A stretch of 64,000 nucleotides of DNA from Escherichia phage EJP2, in the sequence record OQ411014.1, one strand, 5' to 3'. Every line of letters starts with the position of its first letter. The stretch's first letter is position 1. A program made the translations under genes and the position numbers. The notes beneath the pieces are model-generated. The model did no database searches, was not told the origin of the DNA, and saw nothing but the letters and a program-made list of their open reading frames with translations. Below, one piece after another: positions 61,079 to 64,000 of the stretch.

Positions 61079-61123
61079 ACTTACATCAACTACGAACTTA
61101 AAGAAACCATAAGGAATACTAAA

Positions 61124-61702
61124 ATGACTACTCGCTTAAAAATCGTTGACAACAAAATGTCCATCAGCCTGTTCAAAGACGAAGCTGATTCTTACATGGC
61201 TAAAGCAATGGCTAAATCACAGCGTTATAACAACATGCTGAATGGTCGTAAAGCTCCTTACGGTCAGAACCACCCACACAGCCACTACGTTGGTATGGTT
61301 GCTGAACACGCTACTTTAGTACTGATGGAAGAAATCGAACAGCTTCTGAACATTGATATGAAAATCGATGCAGTGTTCCTGGACGACAAGCGTGACAAAG
61401 AATGTGATATCGTTGTGAATGGTCTGCGTATTGAAGTAAAATGCATCAAGTACGGTTCATGGGTAAAATTCGGCCCTTGCATTACTGCCGCTCAACGTAA
61501 GAACATTGAACGCAAAGCTGATGTAGTACTGTGGGCTGTATACAACGAACGTAAACAATCCTTTACGTTTGAAGGTTTCAACCGTGTAGAAGACATTGCT
61601 AACATCCCAACTGAAATGACTGGTGTCCAAGGTCGTGAGAAGATCGAAAACCATCCAGTAATGAGTATCATCAAACCTTTACAGGAGATGCAATTTTGCT
61701 AA
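61124..61702 (+). CDS. hypothetical protein, possible PD-(D/E)xK nuclease-like
   Basis: D...ECDIVVNGLRIEVKC arrangement resembles a D-x(n)-E-x-K motif; weak. Confidence 0.5.
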   Translation: MTTRLKIVDNKMSISLFKDEADSYMAKAMAKSQRYNNMLNGRKAPYGQNHPHSHYVGMVAEHATLVLMEEIEQLLNIDMKIDAVFLDDKRDKECDIVVNGLRIEVKCIKYGSWVKFGPCITAAQRKNIERKADVVLWAVYNERKQSFTFEGFNRVEDIANIPTEMTGVQGREKIENHPVMSIIKPLQEMQFC

Positions 61703-61905
61703 AATATTTCTTACACTTCGAAGATGATGATGAGTTTATTGTGGTACGTGAATTTACATTACCACATAAACCACAGAAAGGTGATTTCATTACAATTGGA
61801 ACTGAATACCATTCAGTACAATATGTAGTTCAAGAAGTCGATACGTTCCTTGATATTGAAAGTGCAGCGTATAGTGTGAATGTTCATTTGGAAAAACGAA
61901 AATAA
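61696..61905 (+). CDS. hypothetical protein
   Basis: 69-aa ORF. Confidence 0.45.
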   Translation: MLKYFLHFEDDDEFIVVREFTLPHKPQKGDFITIGTEYHSVQYVVQEVDTFLDIESAAYSVNVHLEKRK

Positions 61906-62252
61906 TGAAAATTGTATCAGTACTGGCTGGGTTGATTTTATGTAGTACTCAAGTATTGGCTAGTACAGTCGATACTGATGTGAATTATAAGAAAGAGTAC
62001 AAGACTGGTATTGCATCTGACCCATCATATTGTATTGGTTATGCGGATGCAAAGATGTTCCAGACAGGGAATCAGCAGTACTACGAATGGATGAAACAAT
62101 GGTACGAGGATCAAACTAGTAATACTGATTTGGTCATGAAGCCATTCAATCATCGTTCGTACGTTAACGGTACTGAAATGAATAATAACGATTTGACCGT
62201 TGAATGTGTAATGGAATTTGATTTCATTATCACTGACGAGGTACAACAGTGA
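61905..62252 (+). CDS. putative secreted protein
   Basis: N-terminal signal-peptide-like MKIVSVLAGLILCSTQVLAS. Confidence 0.5.
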   Translation: MKIVSVLAGLILCSTQVLASTVDTDVNYKKEYKTGIASDPSYCIGYADAKMFQTGNQQYYEWMKQWYEDQTSNTDLVMKPFNHRSYVNGTEMNNNDLTVECVMEFDFIITDEVQQ

Positions 62253-62258
62253 GGCTCT

Positions 62259-62723
62259 ATGAGTGTATTTGATTTGGTATCTAGTATTTCGTGGATTGAA
62301 GTAATAATCTTTATTGTACTTAGTGCAGTACTGTTCATGTTCATGTTCAACGATGATTACACGTACTGTAAAAAGATTCATAAAGCATGTGCAGAACCAG
62401 TATGGAAATCATTTTGGTATATGCAGTTCATCCCGAATAAGTTCATACGACCGTTTGAAAGCTGGTGTGATGTTTCAACCAGAACAGTCCCCACGATTGA
62501 AACGATTTTATCTCTCTATGAAGATAATCGAGATTCGTTGATTATCAAACTTATACCTACATTAGATGATGATACAATCGAATTCATATGCAAGAGATTA
62601 CCATCCGTATCAATTAGGGTTAGTAACAAAATGGTTGTGAACTACAGGACTGAGCATGTGATTCCACCACGAGTTCTTGTGGGTTTGTTGAATATGTACG
62701 AAATAGAACGAAAGAAAATCTAG
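62259..62723 (+). CDS. membrane-anchored hypothetical protein
   Basis: N-terminal TM; 154 aa. Confidence 0.5.
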   Translation: MSVFDLVSSISWIEVIIFIVLSAVLFMFMFNDDYTYCKKIHKACAEPVWKSFWYMQFIPNKFIRPFESWCDVSTRTVPTIETILSLYEDNRDSLIIKLIPTLDDDTIEFICKRLPSVSIRVSNKMVVNYRTEHVIPPRVLVGLLNMYEIERKKI

Positions 62724-62724
62724 A

Positions 62725-62748
62725 CATATACTTTGAGTGTGTTATAAT
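62725..62748 (+). promoter_or_regulatory. extended -10 promoter (TGTGTTATAAT at 62738-62748)
   Basis: variant of recurring 11-mer. Confidence 0.45.
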
Positions 62749-62780
62749 ACAGTCATCAAATAACAAGAAGAGAGGTTTAT

Positions 62781-63230
62781 ATGAACGTACTAGGAACGAA
62801 GTTCAGTACTGCAATGGGTGCACGTAATGGTTGGTTTACTATCAATGAAGTACTGGACGATACTTTCAAACATTACACGTTCAATCAGTGCCTAAAACTC
62901 AAAGTAACTCCAGAAACTAAAGATGACATGAACTTCATCGAGTGGGTTATGTATTGGGAAGGTTCACCCGTTGCAGTGCATTTACACGTTCTAACTACAG
63001 TATTGAGTACTGGTTATGTGAAAGCAACTGTCATCTCTAAGCGTCATGTATTCACTGATGAAATTGGTGAATTCCCAGGTAAACAAGCAATCATTGATGG
63101 TTACATGATTGATGGGAAATTCATGGATAAGAAGGGTGCAGAGGCATATCATACTCGTAAGCTAATGAACGGGAACTTCCGTCCAGCAGCTAAGATCCCT
63201 GATGCAGTCATTCAACCTAAACGTAAGTAA
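62781..63230 (+). CDS. hypothetical protein
   Basis: 149-aa ORF with AGAGAGG RBS. Confidence 0.55.
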   Translation: MNVLGTKFSTAMGARNGWFTINEVLDDTFKHYTFNQCLKLKVTPETKDDMNFIEWVMYWEGSPVAVHLHVLTTVLSTGYVKATVISKRHVFTDEIGEFPGKQAIIDGYMIDGKFMDKKGAEAYHTRKLMNGNFRPAAKIPDAVIQPKRK

Positions 63231-63279
63231 TGTAGTCCCTCCTTAACTGGGGGGATTTAAACACATAAGGACAAAATAA

Positions 63280-63705
63280 ATGTTCAAATATTGTTTCCGT
63301 ACGTATGTAGTACTGTTCTTAGTACCAGCACTGTACTTGATTACTGCACAACTTAGTAAAATCTTCGAAAGTCTTAGCTTTTTGAATTTTACTGCACCAG
63401 AACAGTACAAAATTCTATTGACAATAATGTACGTTTTTTCTTTCATATTGTCAGTACTGATCATTTTCAATTCAGGATGTGACTACCGAGAGTTTCATAT
63501 TTTCAGAAACTTCAAGAACGTAACGTACTCAAAGTTCTGGAGTTATATACTCGCAGTCCCTGTTGTATTGAATTTCCATATTGAGGGCTTCTCGTTCACA
63601 ACTTTTATGCTCTTCATTGAACCAATTGCAATCTATATGTACATCCATCAACATAACCGATTCGTATTGAGTCATAATCTAGTCCACGTAGAGGAACAAC
63701 CATGA
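63280..63705 (+). CDS. polytopic membrane protein
   Basis: several hydrophobic segments. Confidence 0.5.
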   Translation: MFKYCFRTYVVLFLVPALYLITAQLSKIFESLSFLNFTAPEQYKILLTIMYVFSFILSVLIIFNSGCDYREFHIFRNFKNVTYSKFWSYILAVPVVLNFHIEGFSFTTFMLFIEPIAIYMYIHQHNRFVLSHNLVHVEEQP

Positions 63706-64000
63706 ATACGTATATCAGTGGGTTTTACAAGTACTACCTATCGTTCATAACTATATTTGCTATTCTGTTATTGAATGAAACAGAACAATTTGGATCAAAA
63801 TTCCTATCAGAAGGACTAGGAATCTTCCTTCAGGTTATCTTTGCACTGATGGCTGCTATATCAATGCCAGTACTGATCTATGGTATTCATCTTGTTGCGA
63901 GCGATGACCAGGATAGTAAGGACTCGTGTATCCGTGAGTACTGCCAAGCAGCAAAATACAGTACTATAAGTTCTATGATACCGTTTAGTCTAATTATTGT
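63702..64000 (+). CDS. membrane protein, 3'-truncated by window edge
   Basis: ATG 63702, open to end of window; hydrophobic. Confidence 0.45.
   Translation, partial: MNTYISGFYKYYLSFITIFAILLLNETEQFGSKFLSEGLGIFLQVIFALMAAISMPVLIYGIHLVASDDQDSKDSCIREYCQAAKYSTISSMIPFSLII

Overview
This window reads as an early/replication-plus-accessory region of a large, AT-rich lytic dsDNA phage (Caudoviricetes) with a T4-like replication gene set in a non-T4 order. All calls are from reading the translations and DNA by eye; no database search or RNA-folding run was possible. Almost every gene is on the + strand, in tightly packed operons driven by host sigma70-type promoters (TTGACA-N16/17-TATAAT, or an extended -10 TGTGATATAAT) and ended by clear intrinsic terminators. 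Recognisable products: dihydrofolate reductase, RNase HI, a Dda-like helicase, an IF3-like factor, topoisomerase II large and medium subunits, a clamp-loader subunit, a DEDDh exonuclease, a PTH2-like peptidyl-tRNA hydrolase, an ADP-ribosylglycohydrolase beside a possible NADAR-like protein, and an orphan C5-cytosine methyltransferase. A hyperplastic region (about 30-59 kb) holds six tRNA genes, one truncated tRNA-like element, and two expanded families of small paralogous ORFs. The strongest unexplained signals are: (1) extreme over-representation of the palindrome AGTACT, often as CAGTACTG or the perfect 12-mer TTCAGTACTGAA, in all reading frames and in intergenic DNA; (2) about 17 small proteins sharing a C-terminal [ST]-E-E-x-[FY]-F-Q-x-S motif; (3) a roughly 500-nt GC-rich non-coding island between the NADAR-like and ADP-ribosylglycohydrolase genes. 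No CRISPR array, integrase or transposase was seen.
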